64,000 nt of DNA, from NCBI GenBank assembly GCA_965112155.1, contig OZ218102.1; one strand, given 5' to 3'. A program made the position numbers and the translations under genes. The notes beneath the pieces are model-generated. The model was not told the origin of the DNA. It ran no database searches and saw nothing but the letters and a program-made list of their open reading frames with translations. Positions 1-11,832 of the stretch are shown here, one piece after another. The stretch's first letter is position 1; the number at the start of each line of letters is the position of its first letter. Source of the stretch: Podarcis liolepis (lineage: Eukaryota).

Positions 1-1254
1 CTAAATGCTTCAGTTATTCTACTTCTGGGAACTTGGATTCTGACATGTACTCAGCTCTATACTAAATCTTCTGAAAACAAAATTTCCTTGCAGTCTCTAT
101 CTTATTATTGTGGGGTGTGAAACACATAGCAGTCAAGTAAAACATTCCTAGAGTGGACAAAAGGAGGAATGTTTGCACCAGCCAGTAGGTAAACTTCCTG
201 TTTCTTCCTAGGCTGGGGCAAACTTCTTCTGCATGTGACTAGAGATGGGTGTGACCATACCTGCCCAGGTGACAAAAGCACCTGGGACACAGCCCTCCTT
301 CTCTCTCTCTCTCTCTCTCTGACTCCATTCCTAGAAAAAGCAACATCTCTTCAAAATGGGTGGGTCATGGTAGTAGGTGAAAGGTACCTCTGGCCAATGC
401 CACCATCTAGGTGTGTAGACTAGTAAAACAAGGGACATCTTATGATACTATGCCTCAGTCTCCAGAGCAGGGTAAATCCATCGATTATGGAAGTTCCAGT
501 ATCTTTTAAAAGGGCATATTGATCTCAGCACCTGATTTAGGGAGGTGTAGGTGGTTCCCCCACCCAGGATGCTGAGCCAAGTGGGCACAAAACTGAGAAG
601 ATCCATAATTGAGAAGATCCATTTGGGGATGCCAAATGCTGGCCTTATACAGGGCGTCATATTATGAAAGATTACCTTAACCTGCCCCTGCTTGACCTAA
701 CTTCCAATGTTTTCTATGCAGCCAGTCTCTAACCATGGCCAGACAGTGGGAAAGCACTTGGCTCTGGATCAGATGAAAAGGAGAGGTGCAGATGAGTGTC
801 ACCATAGTACTGATAGCTCCTGAACACCATGTGTTCATGCGGTCTCACTCAATGGCCTCATCTATGCATTGAACAGAACAGGGAGCAAAACCAAGGAATA
901 ATTCACAGTCCAGAGGTATAACCACACACAAACGTATCTGACTCAACTTTCATGTATTGTTGCCATTAAATACTTATTCATTCCTAGTAATAAATTAACA
1001 AGCTAATGAGGTTAAAACATAAACTGGGCACTGAAAGACATACCCTGCAATGCACAAAAATACTTGCATATCAAGTGCTAATTAGCAGGTTGCACAATCA
1101 CTGGTGGCATTTTTAAATGTACAATAATCGCTTATGAAAGAGAGCAGTTAAGTAAAAATCCAAATCTGAAGGGTACAAAAAGTAGCTTAGGTATAAATCT
1201 GTATTATAGCATTTAAGCATGTCAAGAAGAAGAAACCACCCTAAGCACATTATA

Positions 1255-1726
1255 AAGGGGCTATCCTATGCACAAGATGCTGGTGTAATGTTAAGCTCGG
1301 TCAGGGTTAAGTATGGCGGATCCAAGCTTCATTCTGGAGCACGGCTACTGCTGACTGAGGCAGTCTAAGACTGGCAGAGGGGAAACAAACCATAGTTACA
1401 CAACTCTTTTTGCCAGTTTAATTGATGTCAGGGTCCCAGGTCACATGACCAAGTTGAATGGGCTTAAGATCAAGTCCAAATCCCTGCTCTATGGTCCCAC
1501 CCCCAGAATGCCCCTTTCCCAGGGCTTAAGACCTGCTAGGCTCCACTTAGCTGGCTTTGTCCTGGCTGAGCTGGAATGAGGGAGATAGAATATCTCTGTC
1601 TGAGCTGAGGATAGGGAGCTACACCAGCACAGCCTGACTGCGCCAGGAATCTCCTAGCTCAGCTAGAGATCCACTGGTTCCTGACCATGTTCATCCCGCC
1701 AGATCTTGCTATAGGATTGCTCCCTT
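1255..1726. mobile_element. Probable PIF/Harbinger-like non-autonomous element
   Basis: Imperfect TIRs aaggggctatcctat / ataggattgctccctt; short relatives near 29025-29110, 33428-33525 and 56637-56726. Confidence 0.45.
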
Positions 1727-3936
1727 GATGTGCAAAGAATGCTTTTCTATTTCACTTATTATGATTCAGGTCTACCACACAAATAAGATGCCAGTGCACA
1801 TTAGAATACATATCTCAGTCAAAGCAACACAGTGTAAACAGGCTATCCTCACTCACATGTCCATTCAGTTGTGATTTAAGTGCTGGTTCTCAAGGCAGCA
1901 AGCAACACACAATTACTTGTAGAGTATAAAATACGTTTTTTAAAAACTCCCTATCAGTGAATACTTTGCTACAGAAGGAGTGATCACCCATGTTAAGTGA
2001 TGACCGTCTATGATTAGCAGCCTTCACCACTAATGGAAACTGGAAGAAGGGGAGTGCTTTATTTTACTTTTGTGTAGTAGCAAGAAAAACAAGAATCTGC
2101 CCACAGGTACAAAAATGGTAAATATTTCCATCCAAACCTTTCCAATTCTATGTGGATTGTATTGGTTGCCAGTAGTCTACTTGTAACATCGAATGGTAGC
2201 TTCAGTTGCATGGTAAGCTTCAGTTGCATAGACTCCATGTGTCTGTTATAATGAACAGACAAATCTGGGACTAAGGTACACCCCTATAATCCATAGAAAT
2301 CCACCTAACTGCCTCACAACTAGCCAGCCAGCCTTCTACAAGGCAGCTGGTAAGGGGAAGAGAAAGCATCTCTAGTAGTTCCATGCAGACCCAACATGGA
2401 AAAAGTTTATAAGCTCTTGGTTCCTGTGCAAGACTCATTCAGTGGCCCATCTCTTGGAGTGCTAATGATGCTCTCATGAGACCTTGTGAAACAATCTGAC
2501 TTTTTGCAAGATCTCGTTAGAACATCCCCACCTCGCCTGAGAATAGCTAAAACCACATACGTTGAAAGTGTGTAAGAAGCAGGCATAGTGTAATGACAGA
2601 ATCCAGCTGAGCTGACTCACCTTTAATATAGGTCTGTGGGCCTATATTTAAGAATAAGCCAACTATCCACAGCCAATTATTCAGTCAGCAGCAAACAAAA
2701 AAAAACCTGATAAAGATTAAATAATCTATCATAATCACACACACTTTAGAGCTTATCTACACAGAAAAAGCCAGTCATATGGTAATGCAGTTCCTGGACA
2801 TTTCAAATTTCAATTGGGAGGTGGGACCAAAAAAAAAGGAAGTCCCCTTCACATTGATAGCTGTAGAGATTCCCTGATATCAAATTTTCTTTGTGAAGGG
2901 AGATTTTATAAATGAATTAATGGGAGGGTATTTTAACATTTGGGTCTCACATCAGCCTGAAGTGGTACAGTCCAGAAGCAATTTTACCATGCTTGAGAGA
3001 CATGTAGACAAAAACATATGTCACATGCATGTTCAGAGGAAATTCACACTTGTGTGTTCATCACTATTTCTGTAGGTTCGCACACAAACCTAATTTGAGT
3101 ACTGACAACTGAATGTGTGAACTATGTCTGAGATGTGATCACTGTTCTGAAGATTCTACTGATGATTCTACATCTGTAATGGCTTGTTTACATATGAAAG
3201 TCACCACAACACTGCAGCCATGAGCATGCACGTTTGAACAAGGCCTATGTGACTTTTTGGTGGCAGTAGCCCTTTTAACTTTAGCATCAAGCAATGGCTT
3301 GCACATGTGAATTGGCAATCACATATTAATTGCCACAGACAGAACTTTAGTATTATCTACTGTGAAAACACACACAGTATTTTCAGAGGGGAAAAGGCAT
3401 GCATTCTTCAGAGAGCCCCCAAATATATGATGAATCAATACAATGAAAGGCTGGTACCTGGATGTCTGACCCACCAAACCCAAAAAGTGCATTTGGTGCA
3501 AAAAAAAATTAAAATAACAAATCACTAGCACTCTTTTAGTATTTTTTCCTGGGTGTACCGTACTTAAAAAACAACTACTGATCTCTATACTCTGGCTTCT
3601 CTTCAGATTGTATTATTCTATAGCACTTGTTATTCTAAAGTGCTTCCTCTCCTCAACAGGTGTGGTCCACATCCTGACAAATGTGTCTCGTTGATTTGTA
3701 TGGACCTGGATAACACCCAACATAGCATCTATCTGGGTTCCAATTCTAACAAATAGCAGGGCCTTCTTCAGACATTATGTTCCTTATGTGACATGGGAGG
3801 GAACAGGGATGAGCTCGTGGTCTCCACCTCCTCATTGTCCATCCCCACTGCACTCCATAAACTGAGGGCTTTCTGTCTGCATTGGGGAGCCTTATCTACT
3901 TGTCTGCCTCTTCTTTTTTTGTCCTGTCTTCTGGAT

Positions 3937-4074
3937 CAGCAATTCTCAACCTGTGAGTCCCCAGATGTTGTTGGACTACAACTCCCATCATCCCTAGCTA
4001 GCAAGGCCAGAGCTCAGGGATGATGGGAGTTGTAGCCCAACAACATTTGGGGATCCACAGGTTGAGAACCGCTG
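3937..4074. mobile_element. Palindromic hAT-type MITE
   Basis: Near-perfect foldback (ggactacaactcccatcatccct / agggatgatgggagttgtagccc); 8-bp TSD TTCTGGAT/TTCTAGAT; degenerate relatives near 10.1, 14.8, 19.3, 20.5, 34.3 and 37.5 kb. Confidence 0.8.
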
Positions 4075-4124
4075 TTCTAGATTGTAAGTTGAGGGAAGGC
4101 ACTGTCTTGCTTTTATTGATCTGG

Positions 4125-4289
4125 ACTACTACTACTACTACTAATAATAATAATAATTTGTTTATACCCCGCCCTTCTGGCTGGGTTTCCCCAGCCACTC
4201 TGGGCGGCTTCCAACAAAATATTAAAAATACAATAAAACAACAGACATTAAAAACTTTCCTAAACAGAGCTCCCTTCAGATGCTTCCTC
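4125..4289 (-). mobile_element. L2-type LINE 3' end with (ACT)n(AAT)n tail
   Basis: ataccccgccc..ggctgggtttccccagccactctgggcggctt, shared with copies at 16.0, 24.0 and 48.9 kb. Confidence 0.75.
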
Positions 4290-6939
4290 TGCAAGCCTTT
4301 ATTTATTTATTTTTGGCTGAAGAGTAAGGCAAACGTTCTTTAAACAAATAAATAACTAAATACTTGCTGGTTATGATAAACAGTCTTAAGGAACTTTAAA
4401 CATTGCTTTTTTTAAAAAAATGAATAAAGTGTCAAACAATTGGTCAGAAACTCAAAAGATGCTAGCAGAGTAGTATCTCCCTATATACATAAGAACATAA
4501 CATGTTGGCGGCCATGCCAACTGCAGCATGAGAAATAACAGGCCAGCCCAGGCACAGTGTTTAATAGAGCCTTGGTTAAATGTACCCACAGCAAGGTTTA
4601 ATGGGGGGCTGAGGAGCCCTTAACCCAGCAGTTTAGCAGCTCACTGGGCAAAGCAACTCACGTCCCCATTAAACACATCTGTAGGGAAGAGAGGCATTTC
4701 ACAGAGCAGTTTAGTGAGCTCTGTTAAACCTTGAGTTGGGTGGGGTTGACAAGCTGATGGGCAGATGGGATCTCACATCCAGCCACTCCCGCATCTCCTT
4801 CAGACCTTCACTGAAATCTGAAAGCTCTGTGCTTCACTTTGAAGTCCTGACCTCACTATGACATCAGAGATTGACAATTGGAGAGCATGGGGGTGGAATG
4901 AGCTCAGTGAGTGAGTGGAAGGAGCTGGGGAAAATTTTTGGGAAGGTGTAAAGAGTAAGTGGAGTTGACAAGAAGAGTGAGCACCAGTGGAACACCTAGG
5001 TGGTGATGACGACAGCAACAGCTCTAGCTCTGCTTTATCTATTTGATTGTGTAGTTGGAGCGGGAAGTGAACTGTCCTCTTCATTGTCTTACAGATGCAG
5101 TGGAAGGGCATTTCCTCTGAACTCATACAACCCCTAACACCAAGCCACTTCCTCAGCCTTATCCGGGTTTTTCTTATTTGGGAATAGTCTCATTCAAGTA
5201 CTGTATGTGTGCAGAGCCATCTTTCCCATAGGGCTTAGTGGTGCGTCGCGCCAGCGTGCTGGCCTCTCAGGAACGCCCCAGCGAGTGGGGGAGCTGTGCG
5301 GCTTTGCCAGTGGCCTCCCCTTTCCCTGCATGCCCGCCAGCTGTGCCCTGCCAACCATATGGCTGGCGGGCGTGCAGCTTGCCTCCCAAGCTTCTGTAGG
5401 GATCGCTCTCCCACGGCAGCATGGGAGAGAGTTGCAAACCCCACCCCACCCCGGATGACTGGCAGTTCGCAGTTTCACCGCCCCACCCCCACTATCTGTG
5501 GTAATTTGGGGGTGCTGGGCAGGCAGATATTTGCACCCCGGCGCCGCATCTGCTAAAGAAATGGTAACATAAGAAATGGCAGTTTTACACATTTCTTATT
5601 TGCATTTCATAATGCTAGCTCCAATTCTTTTCTCATCTCTGTGGAAATATGAATGGTAAAGAACTCCCAAGGAACAATAAGTGGGTCTGGTTTTGCCACA
5701 CCTTGCACATCAGAAAGACATACAGTTGCAATCACTTTCTAACCACTTCTTTCATTTTCAAAGAACAAGAATAAAGGAATGTGACATGAAAGACCTGCCT
5801 ATTTGAATGGCCTATCCCATACCCCAGCTTTGCTCCAGCTTTAACCACAAAAATATAGCAACACATATGATTCTACATCATGATCAACTGCATGGGGTGC
5901 CACACAACAAATACCACATTTCTTCAGTATGTCTTGGGGGAGCAGTGCATAATTTCTGAGAGAGGAAAGCATTTGTCTGCCTTGGAAGGTGCACCATCTA
6001 ATCTAGGATGTGCATGAGGATTGTCCTTGGAAGAAGTGAGGAAAAGGCACTCTACAGAAACTCACTCTGCTTTAAACATTCCTGGAGTTTTAACTTTGGC
6101 ACAACAAAGAGATGGCAGGGCTAAGTCCAGTCCAGATGCAAAAAAGGAACTCTGCAGGAGAGGTCATTGGCCTAAGACTTTTTTCCAGCCCATCATTCCT
6201 TCAGGAGGGTGAAAGTTTCATTCTTTTATTTCTCCAACCTCTGGGACCCTCCCAGCTTGTGTGGCAAGCTGGGAGATTTCTTCCTCATGGCCTTCCCACA
6301 AGAACGTGGGGAGCTGCCATTGGACAAGTATTGACCACTTCACTTCTACGGAGTCTTTCCCAGCCCTACACAGAGCAAAGGGTAGCCCATAAGAAGAAGA
6401 AATCAAAAATCATATTAAGGCAATGCCTTTATTAGACCAGAGCAGTGTGGAAACTTCCAAGTTCTCCAGAACTCTTCAACCATCTAATCACATGGAAGAG
6501 CTCAAAATCTCACACACTATTTTGTGTCATTTGGGTTGGCCCAATAAATACATTGCCCTAATGTGGATTTTGGAGTTTTCCCTGCCTACCTACTCAAGGT
6601 CCCTTTAACTAGTGTTGAAATTGTGATCTGCATGCAAAGGAGAGCTATGGACCCCTCCCCCCCAAAAAAAAACTTCCTACCTAGCATGCAAATCAGAAAC
6701 CTTGCCAGGGGAAAAGGTGGCAACCCTGCCAAGGGTAGGAATCGCAAGCGTCCGGGTTGCCACATCTCTTGTTCTAACCAGGCTCCTATACCTTTAATAG
6801 TCGCCCGACATGAGAGACATTCGGAAGAGAAAGCTTTTCCCAGCCCGGCTGTGCAAATGTGGCGGGGAAGACCCCACCTGCTTAAACATCATGCAGCTTA
6901 TCATGCACCGGAAATAAAGGAAGGAATAAATAAATTAAA

Positions 6940-8430
6940 AGCGGAGAGGCCGCCCCAACCCCGCCAGTCTAGCAGCGGCTCCTGCCCTCGGCAGCCACGC
7001 GGCCTGCGGGAGTGCTGCGCCCCGACGCCACCTCCCTGGAGCCGCCGGCCGTCGCTCTGGTGAAGAAGATAGTCCTGGGCTCGCTCCTGGATTTGTAGCT
7101 GTACATGAAAGGCACGGTGGAGGCGAAGAGGAGCACGAGGGCCACGCCGAGGAAGATGGAGCCCGTCAGCCACTCCATCCATGCGAAGCCCAGCAGCACC
7201 ATGGCCAGGAAGGTGAACACCAGGCAGACACATCCCGCCTTCCGCCGGCAGGAGGCGCAGCAGTGGCCGTCGCCGGGGTCCTCCGAGCAAGAGGCGTCCG
7301 GGCTGCCCACGGTGATCGTGGCCGCGCCGCTGCTGCGGTCCGACGACGGCGAAGGCTGCCGGGCGGGGGGCCGGGGCACCTGCAGCAGCAGCAAGCGCTG
7401 GGCGCGCAGGTCGCGCAGCAGAGGCGCCCAGCCGCGCAGCTGCTGCAAGATGCCCTCCACCAGCTTGGTGTTGACGGGCAGGCTCTGCACGCGTCCGTCG
7501 GGCAGGGCCGTGCGGTGCCGGCACACCGGGCACGTGAGGTGGGAGTCGGGGGGAGCGCCCCGGCCCCGCGGAGAGTGCTCGCCGCCGCGCAGGTGCAGCT
7601 GCGCCAGGCAGTCCTGGCAGAAGGTGTGCAGGCACTCCAGCAGCTTGGGCGCGTGGCGCTCCAGGTCGAAGAAGTTGTAGCAGATGCGGCACTCGTACTC
7701 GCCCGAGCTGAGCAGCGCCTCGGGCTGCGGCGGCGCGGAAGGCGGCGCAGAAGGCACCCGGATGGCAGCTTCTGCAGCAGCAGCAGGAGCAGCAGCAGCA
7801 GGAGTAGGCTGCGCCTCGGTCCCTTTCAGCGCCTCCCCCTCCTTGCCATCCTGCCGAGCCCCTCCCTCGAGCTCGCCTGGGGTGCAGGCTTCCTGCTCTG
7901 CCTGCTGGTCCATGCTGTCCTCTTTGCCTCCGCGCATCAGGGGGCCGGGGCGGGAGATGCTCACTTTCCCCCTCCCCGGGATTCCGCGGGCTCTTCACAT
8001 GCTCAGCTGGCCGCAGTTGCGCGTGATGCTCCCCCTTCCTTCCTCTCTCCTTTGCCTGGCGAAGGAGGCTTCGGCACCCCCTCGGGATGGCTTGGATCTC
8101 AGCACGACTCCCCTCCCCTCCCCCGCCTCCGGTGCCCCTCTTAAGGCTGCTTCTCCCCAGCCCGCTGACGTCACGCGGGTAGCCCCCCTCCCGTGGCCCG
8201 AGCGGGCAGAGGCTCTCTCCGGTGGCGGCCCCGCCACTCCCTCTCCGAAGCGGTGGGCCTGCCTGTGCGTGAGCTCATTTCCTCGGAGAGGGAAGCCGGA
8301 AGCTGCCGCCTGGCTTAAGGGGGCGGGTTTGGGGGGGAGCACCGGCACGAGCGGAGGAAGGGGAGACGGCGGGGAGCGAGACCCGCACCGAAGTGCTGCT
8401 ATGCGGACAAGGCGTTCCACCCCATCCCGT
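6940..8430. promoter_or_regulatory. CpG island covering the RNF228 CDS and promoter (CRE 8166-8173, ETS CCGGAAG 8296-8302, GC box 8321-8326, TATA-like TTAAGA near 8144-8139 on minus)
   Basis: Dense CpG and high GC against an AT-rich background; motifs read directly; boundaries approximate. Confidence 0.75.
6969..7913 (-). CDS. RNF228: Single-exon RING-HC (C3HC4) E3 ubiquitin ligase with two C-terminal transmembrane helices, RNF183/RNF182/RNF152-like family; probable RNF228 (314 aa from ATG 7913, 322 aa from weaker in-frame ATG 7937)
   Basis: Motif CRIC..CLHTFCQDC..CPVCR followed by the family motif HRTALPDGRVQSLPVN, then a hydrophobic hairpin (VCLVFTFLAMVLLGFAW / IFLGVALVLLFASTVPF). ATG 7913 has strong Kozak context (agcATGg); the ORF-track start at 7964 is GTG. 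The symbol rests on family motifs plus recalled synteny (human RNF228 lies near SGPP2 on 2q36.1). Confidence 0.8.
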   Translation of the reverse strand: MDQQAEQEACTPGELEGGARQDGKEGEALKGTEAQPTPAAAAPAAAAEAAIRVPSAPPSAPPQPEALLSSGEYECRICYNFFDLERHAPKLLECLHTFCQDCLAQLHLRGGEHSPRGRGAPPDSHLTCPVCRHRTALPDGRVQSLPVNTKLVEGILQQLRGWAPLLRDLRAQRLLLLQVPRPPARQPSPSSDRSSGAATITVGSPDASCSEDPGDGHCCASCRRKAGCVCLVFTFLAMVLLGFAWMEWLTGSIFLGVALVLLFASTVPFMYSYKSRSEPRTIFFTRATAGGSREVASGRSTPAGRVAAEGRSRC

Positions 8431-8698
8431 GTGTGTGTGTGTGCGCAAGTGCTTTCAAATCCATATGTATATTCATATAGGTATAACAGAGAAAGGTAAA
8501 GAGGCAAGAGAGCCTCCCCTCCCCACCAGATTAGTTGCAGAATGCATTAAATTCACTAATTCAAAACGCATTCAAATAAAGGTGCCCGTCCACAGCCTCC
8601 CGTGAGTGCCAGGAGGTTCCCATGCTCCTTTGGAACCGTTTGTGAAATAAAGCTTATTTAACAGCACTATTCTTTTAGAAGTGTTATGGGAGAGAGCG

Positions 8699-8822
8699 AG
8701 AATCATAGAGTTGGAAAGACACTCCGTGGGTCATCTAGTTCAATGCGGGAATATTTTGCCCAATGTGGGGCTTGAACCCACGACCCTGAGATGAAGAGTC
8801 TTAGGCTCTACCAACTGAGCTA
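8699..8822 (-). mobile_element. tRNA-Lys-derived SINE with a CR1-type 3' tail
   Basis: Minus strand reads tagctcagttggtagagc..gactctt..ctcagggtcgtgggttcaagccccacattgggc, then ..ttccaactctatgattct. Confidence 0.8.
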
Positions 8823-9096
8823 TATATAAGGGAGTCTGCACTACGTTCAGGCTCAGCTGCCTGCTTTTGTTGTTGTTTCTCTACCATTAGGTATCTTGCT
8901 GTTAATTTATCCACTAAGTCCCATGTTTGTATTATTAGCCACACTTGGTAAAAGTTTGGGTTCAGCTGTGTGAATGTTTAAATAATGGCTGCACTTAATA
9001 AGAGGCTGCAAATCATGCCATGCACATAAGGGGGTAAAACAAACTTTGCATTACAATTTATAAAATTCAGTATTGTCAAAAAAGAGTGATGAGGGG

Positions 9097-9442
9097 AAAA
9101 GGTAAAGGGACCCCTGACCATAAGGTCCAGTTGCGGGCGACTCTGGGGTTGTGGCGCTCATCTCGCTTTATTAGCCGAGGGAGCTGGTGTACAGCTTCCG
9201 GGTCATGTGGCCAGCATGACTAAGCCGCTTCTGGTGAACCAGCTCAGTGCACGGAAACGCTGTTTACCTTCCCGCCAGAGCGGTACCTATTTATTTACTT
9301 ACACTTTGACATGCTTTCAAACTGCTAGGTTGGCGGGAGCAGGGACCGAGCAACAGGAGCTCACCCCGTCACGGGGCTTCGAACTGCCAACCTTCTGATT
9401 GGCAAGCCCTAGGCTCTGTGGTTTAACCCACAACCACCCCCT
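9097..9442 (-). mobile_element. Sauria SINE
   Basis: Reverse (ACCTTT)n tail aaggtaaagggacccctg; body ccgggtcatgtggccagcatgact; tRNA-like head. Confidence 0.88.
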
Positions 9443-10217
9443 AAAGGGGAACAACATTATTTTTGTTAATAACAGCACATACAATTTTGGCATGTATTTA
9501 TTTTTTTATTACCTTGGGTTGAGGGTAGATGTTCTAAGGCAGGGGTGCATAAACAACTACCTCAGTTTCATATACATTGCCATCGGAAGAGGACAGAGCA
9601 TTAAGCCCAGAGCCTAAAATTACCAACTGCACATCTGTATCCCTGTCCTTGCAGTGATGCTGCTGCCTGCCATAGAACAGCCAGCACTAGACTGTATGGA
9701 CCAAAGGTACCTTCTTATGCACCTTTTTCAGGCTCCACTGAGTAGCATTGAGGCTGGTTGGTTTTCATTTTTAAAGCATATAAAACATTTTGCCCCATCT
9801 TTCTTCCAGTGGTGTTCAAGGCAGATCTTAACAAGAAAAGATTGAAACAAAATTCTAATACAAAGCAAAAAAACACACAAACAAAACCCAGAATGATCCA
9901 AAGCCACAGACAACAAATAACAACATCCATTAAGACCAATTTCCAGCAACATTAGAACAATTTCCCAATCAGACTTAAAACACTTAGTGCCCAAAAGCCT
10001 TCCTAAAAATGCTTCAGGGGCATTAGCAAGAGACCAAAGCAGACTTCCCTTCAGAAAGAGTTACAGAGTTACAGAAGAAAGGATCCTTCAGATCCTTCAG
10101 TTCCAAAGAACTTGTGGCCCTCCAGGTGTTGTTAGACTCCATGTTCCATTAGCCTCAGCCAACATCTGGATGACCACAGATTACCAGTCCATGCCATACA
10201 TAAAGTAATATAAAGTA

Positions 10218-10990
10218 ACAAACAAGATGAACTTTAACAGGGAGAAATGTAAAGTATTGCACTTGGGCAAAAAAAATGAGAGGCACAAATACAAGATGGG
10301 TGACACCTGGCTTGAGAGCAGTACATGTGAAAAGGATCTAGGAGTCTTGGTTGACCACAAACTTGACATGAGCCAACAGTGTGACGCGGCAGCTAAAAAG
10401 GCCAGTGCAATTCTGGGCTGCATCAATAGGAGTATAGCATCTAGATCAAGGGAAGTAATAGTGCCACTGTATTCTGCTCTGGTCAGACCTCACCTGGAGT
10501 ACTGTGTCCAGTTCTGGGCACCACAGTTCAAGAAGGACGCTGACAAACTGGAACGTGTCCAGAGGAGGGCAACCAAAATGGTCAAAGGCCTGGAAACGAT
10601 GCCTTATGAGGAACGGCTAAGGGAGCTGGGCATGTTTAGCCTGGAGAAGAGGAGGTTAAGGGGTGAATGATAGCCATGTTCAAATATATAAAAGGATGTC
10701 ACATAGAGGAGGGAGAAAGGTTGTTTTCTGCTGCTCCAGAGAAGCAGACATGGAGCAATGGATCCAAACTACAAGAAAGAAGATTCCACCTAAACATTAG
10801 GAAGAACTTCCTGACAGTAAGAGCTGTTCGACAGTGGAATTTGCTGCCAAGGAGTGTGGTGGAGTCTCCTTTAGAGGTCTTTAAGCAGAGGCTTGACAAC
10901 CATATGTCAGGAGTGCTCTGATGGTGTTTCCTGCTTGGCAGGGGGTTGGACTCGATGGCCCTTGTGGTCTCTTCCAACTCTATGATTCTA
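10218..10990 (+). mobile_element. 5'-truncated CR1 LINE (ORF2 C-terminus plus 3' end)
   Basis: Translations [43 protein letters not shown] and RKNFLTVRAVRQWN; one frameshift near 10667; ends in ccaactctatgattcta. Confidence 0.95.
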
Positions 10991-11163
10991 ATCATCAGTA
11001 TTTTGATTTGAAACCAACTGGAAGCTATTATCAATAACATGGTGTTCTATGTTCCCAACAGGCAGCCTGCTGTGAACAATTTCAGGCTAACAATCCTAAC
11101 CTGCCCCCATTGACAGTGCTTGGCATAATGGCTGGGCTACTACCACATCCTCAGCCCTACTGA

Positions 11164-11300
11164 TCATAGAATTGTAGAGTTAGGGACCCTGAGGATCATC
11201 TAGTCCAGCCCCCTGCAATGCAGGAATATGCAGCTGTCCCATACAGGGATCCAACCTGCAATCTTGACTTATCAGCACCATGCTCTAACCAATTGAGCTA
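11164..11300 (-). mobile_element. tRNA-Ile-derived SINE with a CR1-type 3' tail
   Basis: Minus strand reads tagctcaattggttagagcatggtgctgataa..gatccctgtatgggaca, then ggactagatgatcc..actctacaattctatgat. Confidence 0.78.
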
Positions 11301-11832
11301 TCATGGCAGCCATGGTGGAAGGTGAAAGAGGAATGATAAGGGCTGATGTCTTCACATGGCACTTAAGAAAACAGCTCAGGATTTGTCCCATCCCCACCCT
11401 CCAAACACCCCATTTGGGGGGTTTCCACTGGTTCCCACCAGCAGGGAATCTGCCACCATGGCACTTTCCCATCTTGCAACTAGTGGGAAGCTGGCTGAGC
11501 CAGGGTAGTTGGGCAGAAGGACACCTACCAAACCCACCATCCCTAGTCCAGCACAAGGGGAGGACAGCATTGCTCTGTTATTCACCACTTTGTGGACCTG
11601 TTAAAGCTCCTGGACACAGGAGGCAGCCTCAGAGTGTGCTGCAGTGGTCCACATTTGAAAGTGTGTGTTATCTTCAAGTTCTAGGAACTGACACACCTGG
11701 TGGAGAAGCCTAAGCTGGGCAAAGATGCATCTGGCTACAGCCATCACCTAGACACCCAAGGTTAAGTCCAGGCCCAGAACCACCCATTCCACAAATGGGG
11801 CACAAAACGGCTTATCAGAATATCATCAAATA

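Noticed and set aside
5194-5592. Cluster of ORFs in a small CpG-rich patch
   Set aside because: No coherent protein; it looks like a GC-rich non-autonomous DNA element, but I could not define its termini or TSD well enough to annotate it.
6563-8507. Long overlapping ORFs (6901-7998, 7105-7680, 7263-8144, 7684-8499, 7995-8507)
   Set aside because: Shadow frames of a very GC-rich CDS and CpG island where stops are rare; low-complexity Arg/Gly/Pro/Ala translations with no domains.
8757-8822. tRNA-Lys gene
   Set aside because: The acceptor stem 5' strand is missing, the anticodon arm is mutated and it is fused to a CR1 tail, so it is a SINE head; the same applies to the tRNA-Ile-like heads at 11.2 and 30.0 kb.
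10227-10921. Two host protein-coding ORFs
   Set aside because: Frameshifted C-terminus of CR1 ORF2.
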